Source: Octopus vulgaris
Taxonomy: Eukaryota
Direction of reading: 5' to 3'
Assembly: GCA_951406725.2 (NCBI GenBank)
Contig: OX597836.1
Coordinates: 49,290,001-49,354,000 of the forward strand
Length of the DNA: 64,000 nt
Both the position numbers and the translations under genes were made by a program. Numbering within the stretch: position 1 is the first letter of the stretch; the number at the start of each line of letters is the position of its first letter. The notes under the pieces are model-generated. The model was not told where the DNA came from and ran no database searches. It saw only the letters and a list, made by a program, of their open reading frames with translations. This document shows, piece after piece, positions 43,743-58,125 of the stretch.

Positions 43743-44260
43743 AAGGCATCAAGGTGGCAGAGTCGTTAGCCTGCCACACAAACCATGCCAGTGGTATTAT
43801 CAATGTATTGACAATCTGCGTTCAAATTCCACTGAGGTCAACTTTGCCTTTTAACCTGGGGGTGGGGGTGGGTCGATGAAAAAAAAGTACCAGTTATGCA
43901 CTAGGGTCGATCGAATCAATTCATCCCCCTCCCCCAAAATTTCAGGCCTCATACCTTTAGTAGAAAGGATCATCATCATCACCACCACCACCACCATCAC
44001 CACCACCATCACCACCACCATCATCATCATAAAGGTAGTGAGCTGACAGAATGGTTTCTGCTGAGTAGCATTTTTTCCAGTTTTATGTTTTGAATTTTAA
44101 ATTCTACCAAAGTTGATTTTGGGGTCCTTTTATGCATTCAGAGTCGACAGAATAAGGACCAGTTGAGTACTGGGAGGCCGGGGGAGGGGGGTCAATGTAA
44201 TCAGCTTATCTCCCTCCCCAAAAACTTCAGGCCTATTGTAGAAAGGATTATTATTATTAT
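42911..44260 (+). mobile_element. Head-to-tail cluster of about 5 SINE family B copies plus a short tail of another retroposon (43608-43699)
   Basis: gttcaaattc...gtcgataaa.taagtaccag repeats at about 42935, 43383 (partial), 43458, 43818 and 44090; catgccagcatggaaaacggacgttaaacgatgatgat at 43661-43699. Confidence 0.85.
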
Positions 44261-44691
44261 AGTGGACTTTGTGCTATTTAGAGGGGAAATCCCACCCTTT
44301 GCCCTTTTACAAGGGATTAAACCCCACCACTACCACCACCACCACCATTTCAGTACTTTGCTTCTATCTCGTTACAAGTTACAAAATAACGATTCATAAT
44401 TAGAGATTAGATGGCCATGAAATATTTTTACACCATAAAAAACTTAATTTAGATCAAAGCTGATATTTCTCTATCAATACATCTTTTATTTTGTTTTGCT
44501 TTTTTTTTTCATTTTTAAATTTTATTTATTTATTTTTTTGCCAACTCTCTCTCTCTCTGATTGGTCAGTTCGGTTTTCTTACTATTTCTATAAAATTATC
44601 TTTTATTTTTTTCATTAACGTATTTAATGTCATTATATCTGCACCAGACATATGTTGCAATCTTTGAGATAGCAATTTCAATGGAGCTATA

Positions 44692-44736
<45 letters not shown>

Positions 44737-44790
44737 GTCCATACATGTGTGTGTTTGTATATGTGTGTGTATATACATAGATGTGTTTGT

Positions 44791-44847
<57 letters not shown>

Positions 44848-44931
44848 TGCTCACTGTGATATTTATATAATGGCGTTATTTTGAACTGAACATCATTATC
44901 TGATTATCAATCTCATCGCAAACATACATAT

Positions 44932-44986
<55 letters not shown>

Positions 44987-45560
44987 TCTTTTCCTTCAAA
45001 TTTAAGCTGCAGTGAAAATAATCTGATGGTTCAGAAATGACAAGTAATCTGTAGAGAGGAGTTTTTCTCTTAAATTTTGTGACAAAATCTCACAGCAAAT
45101 TCCTGTACAAGCATGTGTTAGATTTTCTGACTGGAAATCCCCTATTTTGCAAGTATTTACAACAAAAGGGACTTCAGTCTTGAGGTGGGGCCAATGATTT
45201 TGCCCTGTGTATCTTCATCTTTTTGGTCCCACAACCCACTTTGGTCTTCAAAAAAAAAAAAAAAAAAAAAAGCAAAGCACTATGTTGTGCCTTAACAAGA
45301 ATGGACAAAGTGGAATATCTCAGAGAAAAGTTTTAATTAAAACTTTAATGCTGATTTTGCTCGTTAGGTGCCGTACTTATTTCTATTCTCAAGTAACGGA
45401 ATCAGTGCCCCTGGTGAGAAGCCCAACATTAATCTTTTCATCCTATTAATCCTGAAAGCCATAGAAAATAGGGGTCATGAGTCCTACTGAAGAATTAAAA
45501 AGGAATTTTTGTCTATAAATTTTCTTCTAAATTAATTTTAATATCTTTTTTTCTTTCCAG

Positions 45561-45621
45561 ATTCGAACCCTCACCCTATCGTAGGAGTAATTTCTATAAC
45601 ACAAGCTCTTCCGCCTTTAAG
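45561..45621 (+). other. Probable 61-nt non-coding 5' UTR exon of the bZIP gene
   Basis: Strong acceptor tcttttttttctttccag| before 45561 and donor aag|gtaaac after 45621; contains no ATG. Vertebrate NFIL3 also has a non-coding leader exon and a single coding exon. Confidence 0.55.
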
Positions 45622-46104
45622 GTAAACAGAGATATCTTTATATTGTTGTTGTTTAGTCCACAAGTCAGTCTTCGTTGACTTGACCATGGCTCTCCAAAGG
45701 GGTCACTATCGACATTTGGGGGTGGGGTCGATGACACTATTCAAGTTGGGCAATAATGCACTTCTACTTAATGATTCGGAAATTACTATTTTTTAAATCT
45801 CATAACAAGAGATATTCAGCAACTTAATTATTATTATTTATTTATTTTCTTGTACAGGTCTGGGAGTCAATGAGGGGTCAGGGGTTCTATGAAGGGGTTA
45901 ATGGTCTAAAAAGTTTGGACTAGACTTGTGAATGATCCAGTTGGTTCCATCCATGACCTTCTCATCTATCTTCATGCATTTATCATCCATTATCTTTTTT
46001 TTAAGACAGCTGTGTGCTATTTAAGGAAGCGATGCTGGCATGAGTTCGATGGGTCTTAATTCCAGTTGTTTCTTATTGCCTGCTCCTGTTCCCTACAACT
46101 TACA

Positions 46105-46400
46105 CTGGTCATTTTGGCTTGGTTTCTACAGCCGAATGCCCTTCCTGTCACCAACCACTTCACAAAGTACTGGGGCCATTTCCGGGTGGCACTTTATTAC
46201 TAGAGAAGTTGAGCAGCCCTTGAGGACTGATGTCTCATCATCATTGTTTTAACGTCCGTTTTTCCATGCTGGCATGGGTTGGATATTGAACAGGAACTGA
46301 TGAGCTAAAGGACTTCATGTTCTAATGTCTGCTTTGACAGGGTTTCTATGGCTGAATGCCCTTCTTAATGCCAACCACTTCACAGAGTGCACGGGGTGCC
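46105..46400 (-). mobile_element. Two fragments of a retroposon 3' region (ggttggcattaagaagggcattcagcc...acggacgttaaa..(gat)n)
   Basis: 46235-46280 is the reverse complement of 43655-43699; a second partial copy lies at 46110-46200. Confidence 0.7.
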
Positions 46401-46790
46401 TCCATTTCACTATTTTCATTGTTTATCTCCTGTAGTATTGTTACATGTTGGTATCATTTAGTATTGTGTTATGGTACTATGGATTGTGATATTATATATA
46501 AAGATACTGTGTAACAGCATGTTACCCCTGTGCAACATGTTGCACCGTGTAGTTTCATGTGGTGGTTCCCTGTATTACAATATTATGTTTTCCATGTATT
46601 ATGTCCATGACCTGCTACCTTGATTTATCTGGGATTTCTTCCTTTTTTCAGATCCCTATTCTGTTGTGCATCCAATCTCACCAATAATGCTGCATCAAGG
46701 TACCAAGTTGACGAAGTCGAAGGAGCAGCCATCTGCTGCGCATGAGACCTGTGGTCAGAGACAGTAGGGGGAGTTGTGTCACTTGTGATC

Positions 46791-48882
46791 ATGGACAATT
46801 CAGTCACTTACGGGTATTCATATTATCAAAATCAGTCCACAATGGTTATCAATAGCAACACTAACAGCAACCACACCACCACTTCCACCACCACCAACAA
46901 ACAACAACAACAACAACAATAGCAACAACAACAACAGCAACAACAATAATGGTCAGCCAGGGAACAGTGAATCAAAAGATGACTTTTCTGATTGTGTTAG
47001 TTCTGGGGAAGACAGTATTCGCGATATTTCCGTACAAGGAGACATGCATGGTTTCATTCCATCAAGAAAGCAGCGTGCTTTCACTCCTGATAACCGAAAA
47101 GACCAGTGTTATTGGGAAAAGCGACGCAAAAACAACGAAGCGGCCCGAAGGTCCCGTGAGAAACGAAGGTTACACGACATGGCGCTTGAGAAACGCATTG
47201 TAGAGCTTTCTCGGGAGAGCTGCATCCTTCGAACCCAGCTCTATGCTGTTAAGAAGCGATACGGCATCCCTCGTGAGGAGCCGATTATTTTGGACAACGA
47301 AGAGCAAGAAATTCTTGATAAAGATCTTCAAGCTCTCAATGCAGCCAGTGCCAGTGCAGCTGCTGCAGTGTCTCCAATGCCACCAAATGCAGTGTTGAAC
47401 AGTCTGAAAATCCGGCGGGCGTCGCCTGTTGGGTTGCCTTTAGTTTCATCGACTGGCTCCAACGCAGCTGCCTCCGTTCCAAATGTGACCAACAATAGCA
47501 ACAGCAATGATACACGTAGTGTGATCTTCTCATTACCAAACAACTCTGAATCCCTCTCAGGGAACACTTCAGCTCCTGCCACAATGTCAACAATTAAGAG
47601 TCACAAAAACAGCACCGTTGCGACTACGTTATCATCAATCCAGCACCAATATAGCTTTGAACCAGCCCTCGCTGTGAAACAGGAACCAGTTGACGACTTT
47701 GAGAGCACAGTCCTAAACACTAGCGAAAGTCAAGGCTCGGTAGATTACCCATCGTCAGAAAGCTACACAACATCTTCAGAGACATTTGAAACTACTACCT
47801 CAGCTCTGATGATGGGTAAAGACAATGCAGAGAACCATATAATCTCAGGCAAGAGCCTGGAGAGTTCTTGGTATCATGGGTCGAGAGAGCCCTTAGATAA
47901 TGGGAAATTAGTTTCAGCGGCAGGAGACCTTGAACAAAAACCTTTACAGCTTGTAGTAAAACGTCGTAAAGTGGAACCTGAACATTTTGCTCATTCACAG
48001 GAACCAGTGGGGGAATATCATAAAAACAGTAACATCAACAACAACAACAACAACAATACCGTCACAACCACCACCCCTAACAACAATAACAACCACCTCC
48101 ACCATCACCAACAGTCACAACAACAACAACCACCACCACCACCACAACAAAAATCTCCAGTTGTCTCTCCGATGGTGCCAAGCCCTCACACACTGAGCAT
48201 CAGTGAGAGTCCCATCCTTCGAACATCCATCTCTACATTACCATTGAAACTACGTCATAAGGTTTCACTTCCTGACCACACCATGTCGTCAGTACAGTTG
48301 TCTTCTCCCACGGCCACAGTTACGTCATCACCTCCATCATCGTCATCATCATTTTCATCAGCATCTGCTTTCACTCAGAACGAGGCCCCAGCAACTCCTT
48401 CAACCCTTCACAATGGTCTCACGCAGCTTTCCGAAATCGCTCTGTCCCATAGCAATCCATTACCTTTACTTAAGAAAGATGTCATTAATGGTGTCAACCT
48501 GCTATCAAGATGTAACGGGAGCAACAGCAGCAGCAGTAACAGCAGCCTGGACGGCAACGTGAACGATGCCAGTGACTTAGAAATGAAACCAAGCGAACAT
48601 GAAATGCTCAGTCGCTTGGACCCAAAGTATGTCGAACGCAGAAAGCGCAACAACGAGGCTGCCCGAAAGTGTCGTGAAAACAGGAAGGCATTGACCAAAA
48701 TGCGAGAAGTCAAGTCCAGCTATCTCGAGTCCGAGAACGGCAAACTTCGTAACGAGATGAATGACCTGCAGGAAGAAGTGAAACAGCTGAGAGACCTGCT
48801 TGAGAAGAAACGACTGGAGCAAGGTTTCAAGGGGAAATTGTCTGATGCAGACGCTCATAATAGCATCACCATTAACACATAA
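46791..48882 (+). CDS. NFIL3: NFIL3/E4BP4/vrille-like transcription factor with two bZIP domains (612 aa from ATG 47044; about 696 aa from ATG 46791 if one A at 46899-46901 is removed)
   Basis: bZIP1 RKQRAFTPDNRKDQCYWEKRRKNNEAARRSREKRRLHDMALEKRIVEL matches the NFIL3/vrille signature; LPLKLRHK repression-region motif; bZIP2 DPKYVERRKRNNEAARKCRENR...LESENGKLRNEMNDLQEEVKQL. Exon acceptor ccttttttcag| at 46651/46652; TAA at 48880-48882. Start position is less certain than gene identity. Confidence 0.9.
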
Positions 48883-48934
48883 CAATAACAAATTCACAAA
48901 AAAAAAAAACACGATAGTGATTATAAAAAAGAAT

Positions 48935-48940
48935 AATAAA
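48935..48940 (+). terminator. First candidate polyadenylation signal (AATAAA) after the stop codon
   Basis: gaatAATAAAagttt; A-rich context, and the real 3' UTR may be much longer. Confidence 0.25.
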
Positions 48941-49765
48941 AGTTTAAACAAAAAATGAATTTATTAAAAGTAATTTAAGACTGACACACCTACATCCAGA
49001 CACACATAGACACCTACACATACCTGTAATTAATAAGGTCCAGCTTTGCTATGCTGAATCAACCTTGGGGTTGTGTTAAAGGTACAGAGTGTCTGGGGAA
49101 TATTCATTAATTACATATGGTCATTTTCATCAGCAGGAATTCAGTTGGTCAATGACTGGCTGAATGAATGGTCACTTGTTCATCCAAACTGACAGAGAAA
49201 AATCTACTAAATACACACAAATGCATCCATCATTCCATAAACACACACACACACACGTCCACATCTATTCATGTACATTTTTGTAAACAGACATGACAAA
49301 AAAAAAAAAAAACAGACGTTAATTTAAGGTTCTTTATTTTAAAGCAAGTTAATGAAATTTAGAAAACACAAATACACTCACACACAAATTAACAACAAGA
49401 AAAAAATAAAACAGAAAAATACAAGAGACATGGCAGAGAAACGAAATATCCAAAACTTAGAAGAGGAGGAGGAAGATAGAAAAAAAATGAAGGCAAAAGA
49501 AACCCCTTCAAACACACACACACACACACACACACAAAAACTTCATTGTTCTTGGAGAATATTTTCAGAAAACACACACACATACACAATGCAAAAAAAA
49601 TGGTTATTCTATCAAAGGGAATTTTTTTTATCCCCCAAAATCTCCAAGAGTTCCCACTGGAAAAAAAAATTCCAATTTCTTTCTCTTTTTTTAAAATTTA
49701 TTTATATTTCAACTTGTTCAAGTCTATCACCTCTAACACAAGTCTTGGCAATGTTATTATTACCA

Positions 49766-49821
<56 letters not shown>

Positions 49822-50141
49822 GTCATTACTATCATCATCAATATTATATATTTTTTTTTAACTGAAGATGGCAGGAATTACCAAGTAGGTTTCCAGGTCA
49901 CGTTATGTATACATATATATGTGTACATATATATATACTCACATATATACACACATGTATGTACATATACAAACACATATGTACACTTAAATATACACTC
50001 GCACACATGCACTCTCCCCAAAGTATCATTTTGCTTTGCAGTGATGGGGGAAAAAAACAAAAATACACAAATGAGCAGGGATTAAGAAAAAAAAAATCAT
50101 GTGTATGTATGTATGTGTGTATATGTGGGTATATATACATC

Positions 50142-50174
<33 letters not shown>

Positions 50175-50384
50175 ATGTATATATTTGTTTATGTGTAAAT
50201 ATAATGTGTGTGTATATATACATATACACCTATGTATGTATGTTTGTACGCGCATCATGTTTCAATTGTGATTTTTTTTTCTTCCACTTTTTTTTTCTCT
50301 CTGAAGAAAACTACACTTCTTATTTCTGCTGTTTATACATGCATATACTTAATCACATTATATAGACATGTGCGAGTATCTGTG

Positions 50385-52592
<2,208 letters not shown>

Positions 52593-53031
52593 TGCATGCA
52601 CATAAAACATGAAAGAAAAAACAAAAAAAAATGATAACAATTGTCTTTTGGTAAAATTGAATTTGAAATGAAAGTGCAAAGTTCAAGTCCGAACACGGGT
52701 GGTACTGTTCTTCTGCTGTCTTATTATTATTATTATCATTATTATTACCATTATATAGCATAATTTTTTTTGTAGGGTGGGTGGTTGTGCTATTTCTATC
52801 TAAAAGAAAAAAAGATAATTTCTGCTTATTCTTTATATACTTATTTTAGTTATCATAATCTGTCATTATTATTATTATTATTATTCATGATTTGAGCATC
52901 TTACTTAAGTTAAATAATAATAATAAAAAAAACAACCTATTTCCTCTTTCTCTTCTCAATCAAGAAATTGGTTGGTTGTGTGGAAAGGAGGAAGAGAGAA
53001 AGGAAGTGAGGCAGGTACAGGTATGAAAAGG

Positions 53032-53086
<55 letters not shown>

Positions 53087-54484
53087 AGACAAATGTACAG
53101 ACAAATCCAAATCATTGAAGTTAGACGAACAGCTAAAAATGGGGGGGGGTCGGGCAAAACTTTTGGGGTTCGAAGTATATTTGGTGTCTCCGTCGTTGTT
53201 ATATCACTCACTCATGCCCTAAACAGGTATAAATAAATGTGTGTAAGAGTTTGTTGACATTCCTTGGCTTTGCTTGTCCTCACCTGCAAGAAGCAGTGGT
53301 GTGGTGTTCCTTGTTGGCATCACAACCAGTAATGCACAAAAAAACAAAAAAAAAATGCATATAAGATGTCTTTGTTGAGACACCATTGAAGGTTGGCCAC
53401 AGGAAAGGCACCTGGTTGCTAAATACTGCCTCCAAAAAAAAAAAAAAGAGAAAAACAAAGGAAAAAGTCCTCGTCTTTCTACCCATGGCATGGGAAGATG
53501 GGCGTTTGACAAATAAAAGAGAAAACTGATGTATTATGATTGGGAAAGACAATTTTTTTAATTGAGATTGAAAAAGAAAAAAAAAGAAAAGAAAATGAAA
53601 TCCTTTCTTGAAAATTAGAAAAGTCAAAAAATAAAATAAACAGTAAAAAAAAAGGTGGGGGTACAGAATATTTTCCTTCCAAAAGTTTGTAGGTGGCAGG
53701 CATCATCTTATTAGGCAGATCTAAGAAGTTTTATGTTTGTAAACCAGCCCCCCCCCCACACTACCTCCTTTCAATCTTTTTTTTTTCTTTTGGTTTGCTT
53801 TAGTTTTCTGAGTGTCTGTGTTAGACCCATTTCCCTCCTCCCCCCATCTCTAAGCCACTTGTAGACGGGGTGGGGTGGGGTTCCCCTCCCGCACCACCAC
53901 CACCACCAAATCTTACACTTATGTAATAAAGCTGATGGCTGACACTGAACTTGCTCACCTCCCTACCCCTACCCCTACCCCACCCTTTTCCCTTCATAGT
54001 TCTTAACGCCCACCACCAGGGGGCAGCATGAAAACTCTTAGGAACCACTGAATCAGAGTGCAGTGGGGGAGGGGAAAGAAGGGTGAGGAGTGATATTAAG
54101 AAATAAAGCAACAAAGTTTACCTCTTTCTTTCACTCGTTCTTTCTTTTTCCTTTCTTTCTTTCTCTATTCCCCCCCCCCCAATTTATTTTTCTCCTTTGT
54201 GGTTTTTTGTTGTTGTTTCATGAAGAAAACAAGAAGAAAAATAGGAAGGAAGAGGAGAGGACTTTTCTGGGATTTGTCTGTGTGTTCTCTGTTGCTGGTC
54301 AGTTTGGTCATTTTTTTAGCCATTCTACAAAATCGTTGTCCGTCACCCACCCCCCACCTCCACATGCATATATACACCCATCCAAATTCCAGTTGGGTGC
54401 TTCCTACAGTCAACAACATATCTGTACATCAGCTAACACCTTCTCTCATGTATATGTATGTATATCTACTATGTATAGGTGTGC

Positions 54485-54562
<78 letters not shown>

Positions 54563-55202
54563 CTCCCGATCATTATTTTTCGTCCATGCTTTTTTTTTCC
54601 CCTCATACGGATTAAAGTATATCTCCGTCATCATCATCACCATCATCATCAACACAGCACTGCAGGAAATTGCTCACATACTTTTCCGTTTTTGTTTTTC
54701 TCCACCGTTTTTGATTGTTTTGTTTTGATTTTATTTTGTATTTTAACGTTAGTGTGTCTTTATGTGAGAGATGGTGTGTGTCATGAATAAATACTCAGGG
54801 TAGGCAGTAGGCATTCATAAAGTAAATTGCCCACAAAAGGCCTTATCGCTATAAAGCAACATGCTAAATCATTTTGACAACAAAATCTATTCAGTTTCAT
54901 TACAATTGCATGTGTGTGGGTGTGGGTGTTCCTTTATATTAACTGAGAGCCAAAATGGGAAATTTAGCTTGGTCACTAGAAGCAAAGCCATGCTTAGCTG
55001 GGGATCAAATTGTACCACCCATTCTCTGCTGATTGGTCACCTCTTTGGGACCATCATTGACAGAGTTCTCATGTAGGGCTCACAGATGGGAGACATGCAA
55101 AATAGTGAGATGCTTGTTATATTTGACTTGTGCAGATATAGGGAGCAGCAAATCTTAGTGAAAGCACATCCAAAAAGCTAAAACGAATCTAGATCACTTT
55201 AA

Positions 55203-55410
55203 CCCTTTTGTTACCATATTTCTGTTGAGATGCTCTGTGTTTCTTAATATAACAAAGAATTTAGTAAAATAACTTGGTTATCATTAAGCTAGTGTTCGGA
55301 ACATAAATTGTGACTAAGGTTTGGTGGAAGATTTTAATTCAGAACTTTAAAAACAAAACATTTGTACTACAGAGCCAGAGGCAGTTTCGGCCGGGTAGGT
55401 AACGAAGGAG
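55203..55410. mobile_element. piggyBac-type (TTAA) MITE, 208 bp
   Basis: TTAA at 55199-55202 and 55411-55414; 13-bp TIRs cccttttgttacc / ggtaacgaaggag (10/13 match). Confidence 0.75.
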
Positions 55411-55449
55411 TTAACAGCAAGACAATGTTGAGTGTTATTTGTTGGGGCA

Positions 55450-57719
55450 GAAGTTTTGGGAGAGAAAAAAACAAAACGAACTGGTATTGTCCTTTGGAGA
55501 CCTTAACCTGTGGGTGAGGAAAAGTGACAAAGCTCTCCTATACAGAGTTCTCCATCAGAAATTCAGAATATTAAGTGCATGGTGTTGGGTTTGGCAATAT
55601 AGGACCAAGAACTGGAGGAGTGTCTTGAATAGGGTTACCAAATGATGATCATAAGATAAAATCCAGTCATGTTGTACTCTCTGCACTGTTTATTTCACTA
55701 TTCCAATCGATGTGATGGCCACAGAAAAGGTAGGCATTTGGAGGTCGGCAGTTGCTGTCCTTCTGCCTTGAATGCACTGGTGTGCATTCTAAGCAAAGTG
55801 TTTGAGGGATTGTGACATTTGATAATGCACCTACTTCTGCCTATCTGTATTTTTTTTTATTTCATCTGATGTCTGTTGGGATTGTTATTTTCCAGAGGCC
55901 ATTGGAATAGAGAATTTGTGGGTCACACCTCAGCATTAATCAAATACCTGTATACAATGAAACAGTGTGATCAGAATTGATCAGAGGCTACAAAACTACT
56001 ACTGCTACTACTACTGCAGCAATCCAGGCACCAGCTCTTGAAATTATAATAGCACTGTGCAGAAGCAGACATTATTCTGCGTCTGTGACAATATTTAATG
56101 TCTTCTGGAATGTACAATCAACTGCTTTACACCAAGTAAACCTTGAATGGCAATAGAAATGGCAGCTGCCAAATAGAAAAATATTAAACATTGTAAAAAA
56201 AGTTATTCACTTAATTCCATCTGCTAAAGAAGTTTGTTGATAAGAATTGGAAACCTCATAATTTTGTATTTAATCAATGTTCCTAGTTTTAATTAGGGTA
56301 GCCACTGCCTACATTGAAGATGGCAGGGCTTGGCTATCATTATTTTATGTCCATATTTAACCATTTTGGCAGCAACTGGATGGATCTTACCATATATATG
56401 AGGGAAACAGTTGATAATCCTGTTTCTTTCAACTCAATTTCACGTCTGTGTTGTACATCCGCCCATATTCAGACAGTGATTGCTAAATGAAGCTGTGGAG
56501 CATCAATGCAATGGTGGCCGGTCCAGGCAATTTAGTTCCCTGTTAAAGTACAGAAAATTGCACTGACCACCTCATCCTGTACAACTTTTGTATTATTCTT
56601 AAGGACCACACAGACAATCCCCTATCCCCAAACTCAAATTAAAGTTAATCAACCCCTTCAAAATAAATTGGCAACAGCATGCACATTTTCGGTAGAGTTA
56701 ACCTTAAAATTTTGATTACCACACGAGTAAAACAGTGAAATCGCTGTTCCTCTTTTATCAAAGGGTTTCACAGTAAATCAACTGTAAATTCATTACTTCA
56801 TTCGATAGAATTTAAATATCTTTTCCAGAACTCCCTAAAGTTCCAGAGAGAATTTACCACAATTACCAACCATAATAGTGAATGTTAGGATGTCAGTTTT
56901 ATTGTACAACAATTTGTCCTGGGTTTAAAAGAAGGGGTGGCCATATGTTTTCTCCATGGGCAACTGTGATCGAGCTGTAGTTTTCCCACTTTGTAAGATT
57001 CTTATTTCTTCAAGAAGCCGAACAAGGCCTCCATTTACATTCGCACAAACCACCGCATCACCAACAGAATTAAAGAATCCTATTGCTGGAATACGTGAGA
57101 GAGTCTGATTTGACCTCTGACATCTTGAATAGGGTTCTACTTTATAACTTTAGTCAGATGGTAATATACAAGTAACACTCCCAAATGCAGCAGAAGTACC
57201 CAGAAGTAAGGCATAATTTGGTTCAATCTCCCATGTAACATGAATGAAGGCATTCATATAGTTTGGAAGATATTTCTCATGGACACACACACACACATTT
57301 CAGTAATGTCAAGGTCAGCTATTTTTGCTTCTAACACCACTAGCTCTCCTCTGAAATAGCCAACTTGAAACTGCAGAAAGCCCTATATCTGCTCATGCAT
57401 TTACACTAATTCAGGCTATTTCCTTGTTCTAATTTGCCAGGAAATTCAAAGGAACTGCTTATAAGAATGTACTCCAATGGTGTGACATGTCATTCACAAT
57501 GCCGCTCCATACTTAAGTGTTTTCTGGAATTGTATGTTATTCTTAGATAAGAAATTCCAGATATTAAAACATCTGGTGATATCACTTAATTACAAAATAC
57601 TTCCGATCTATGGTTATCATCACCAAAGAAAATTCTTCCTCATGCACAACATCTGCTAATTTAGCAGTCTATCTAGCAATAATGGTATTTCTAGGCTCCC
57701 AATTTTTTGGTCACTTGAT
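55450..57719 (-). pseudogene. Possible decayed coding sequence of unknown origin (TE, viral or gene fossil)
   Basis: Microsatellite-poor complex DNA; one minus-strand frame (about 57281-56340) reads protein-like with scattered stops; no recognised motif. Confidence 0.25.
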
Positions 57720-57819
57720 NNNNNNNNNNNNNNNNNNNNNNNNNNNNNNNNNNNNNNNNNNNNNNNNNNNNNNNNNNNNNNNNNNNNNNNNNNNNNNNNN
57801 NNNNNNNNNNNNNNNNNNN
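57720..57819. other. Assembly gap (100 N)
   Basis: Run of N. Confidence 0.99.
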
Positions 57820-58084
57820 ATCTGCCTTGACCAGTGACAATGATTTGTAACTAGTGCATTGTGGGATATACCAATTCATCAAATATTGTTTTACATGTGT
57901 GAGTATGTGAAACTCTGAGTAGCAGTAAAGTGGTTTCTAATAAAAATATAATTTGTATTCAATTGAGGTAAACAAAAACTTGTGGAGGGGAACGAAAAAA
58001 GGGACAAACAAGTCTGATCCCTTTTGTTTTGGTCAATCAATCATACATTGCCCACCTCACACATAGATACACCACCACCATCAC

Positions 58085-58125
<41 letters not shown>

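Noticed and set aside
45685-45920. Possible hAT/Charlie-like remnant in the intron
   Set aside because: Termini too degenerate and no TSD identifiable.
55623-57136. 14-bp direct repeat tcttgaatagggtt exactly 1500 bp apart
   Set aside because: Flanks show no further similarity; not LTR-like; plausibly chance.
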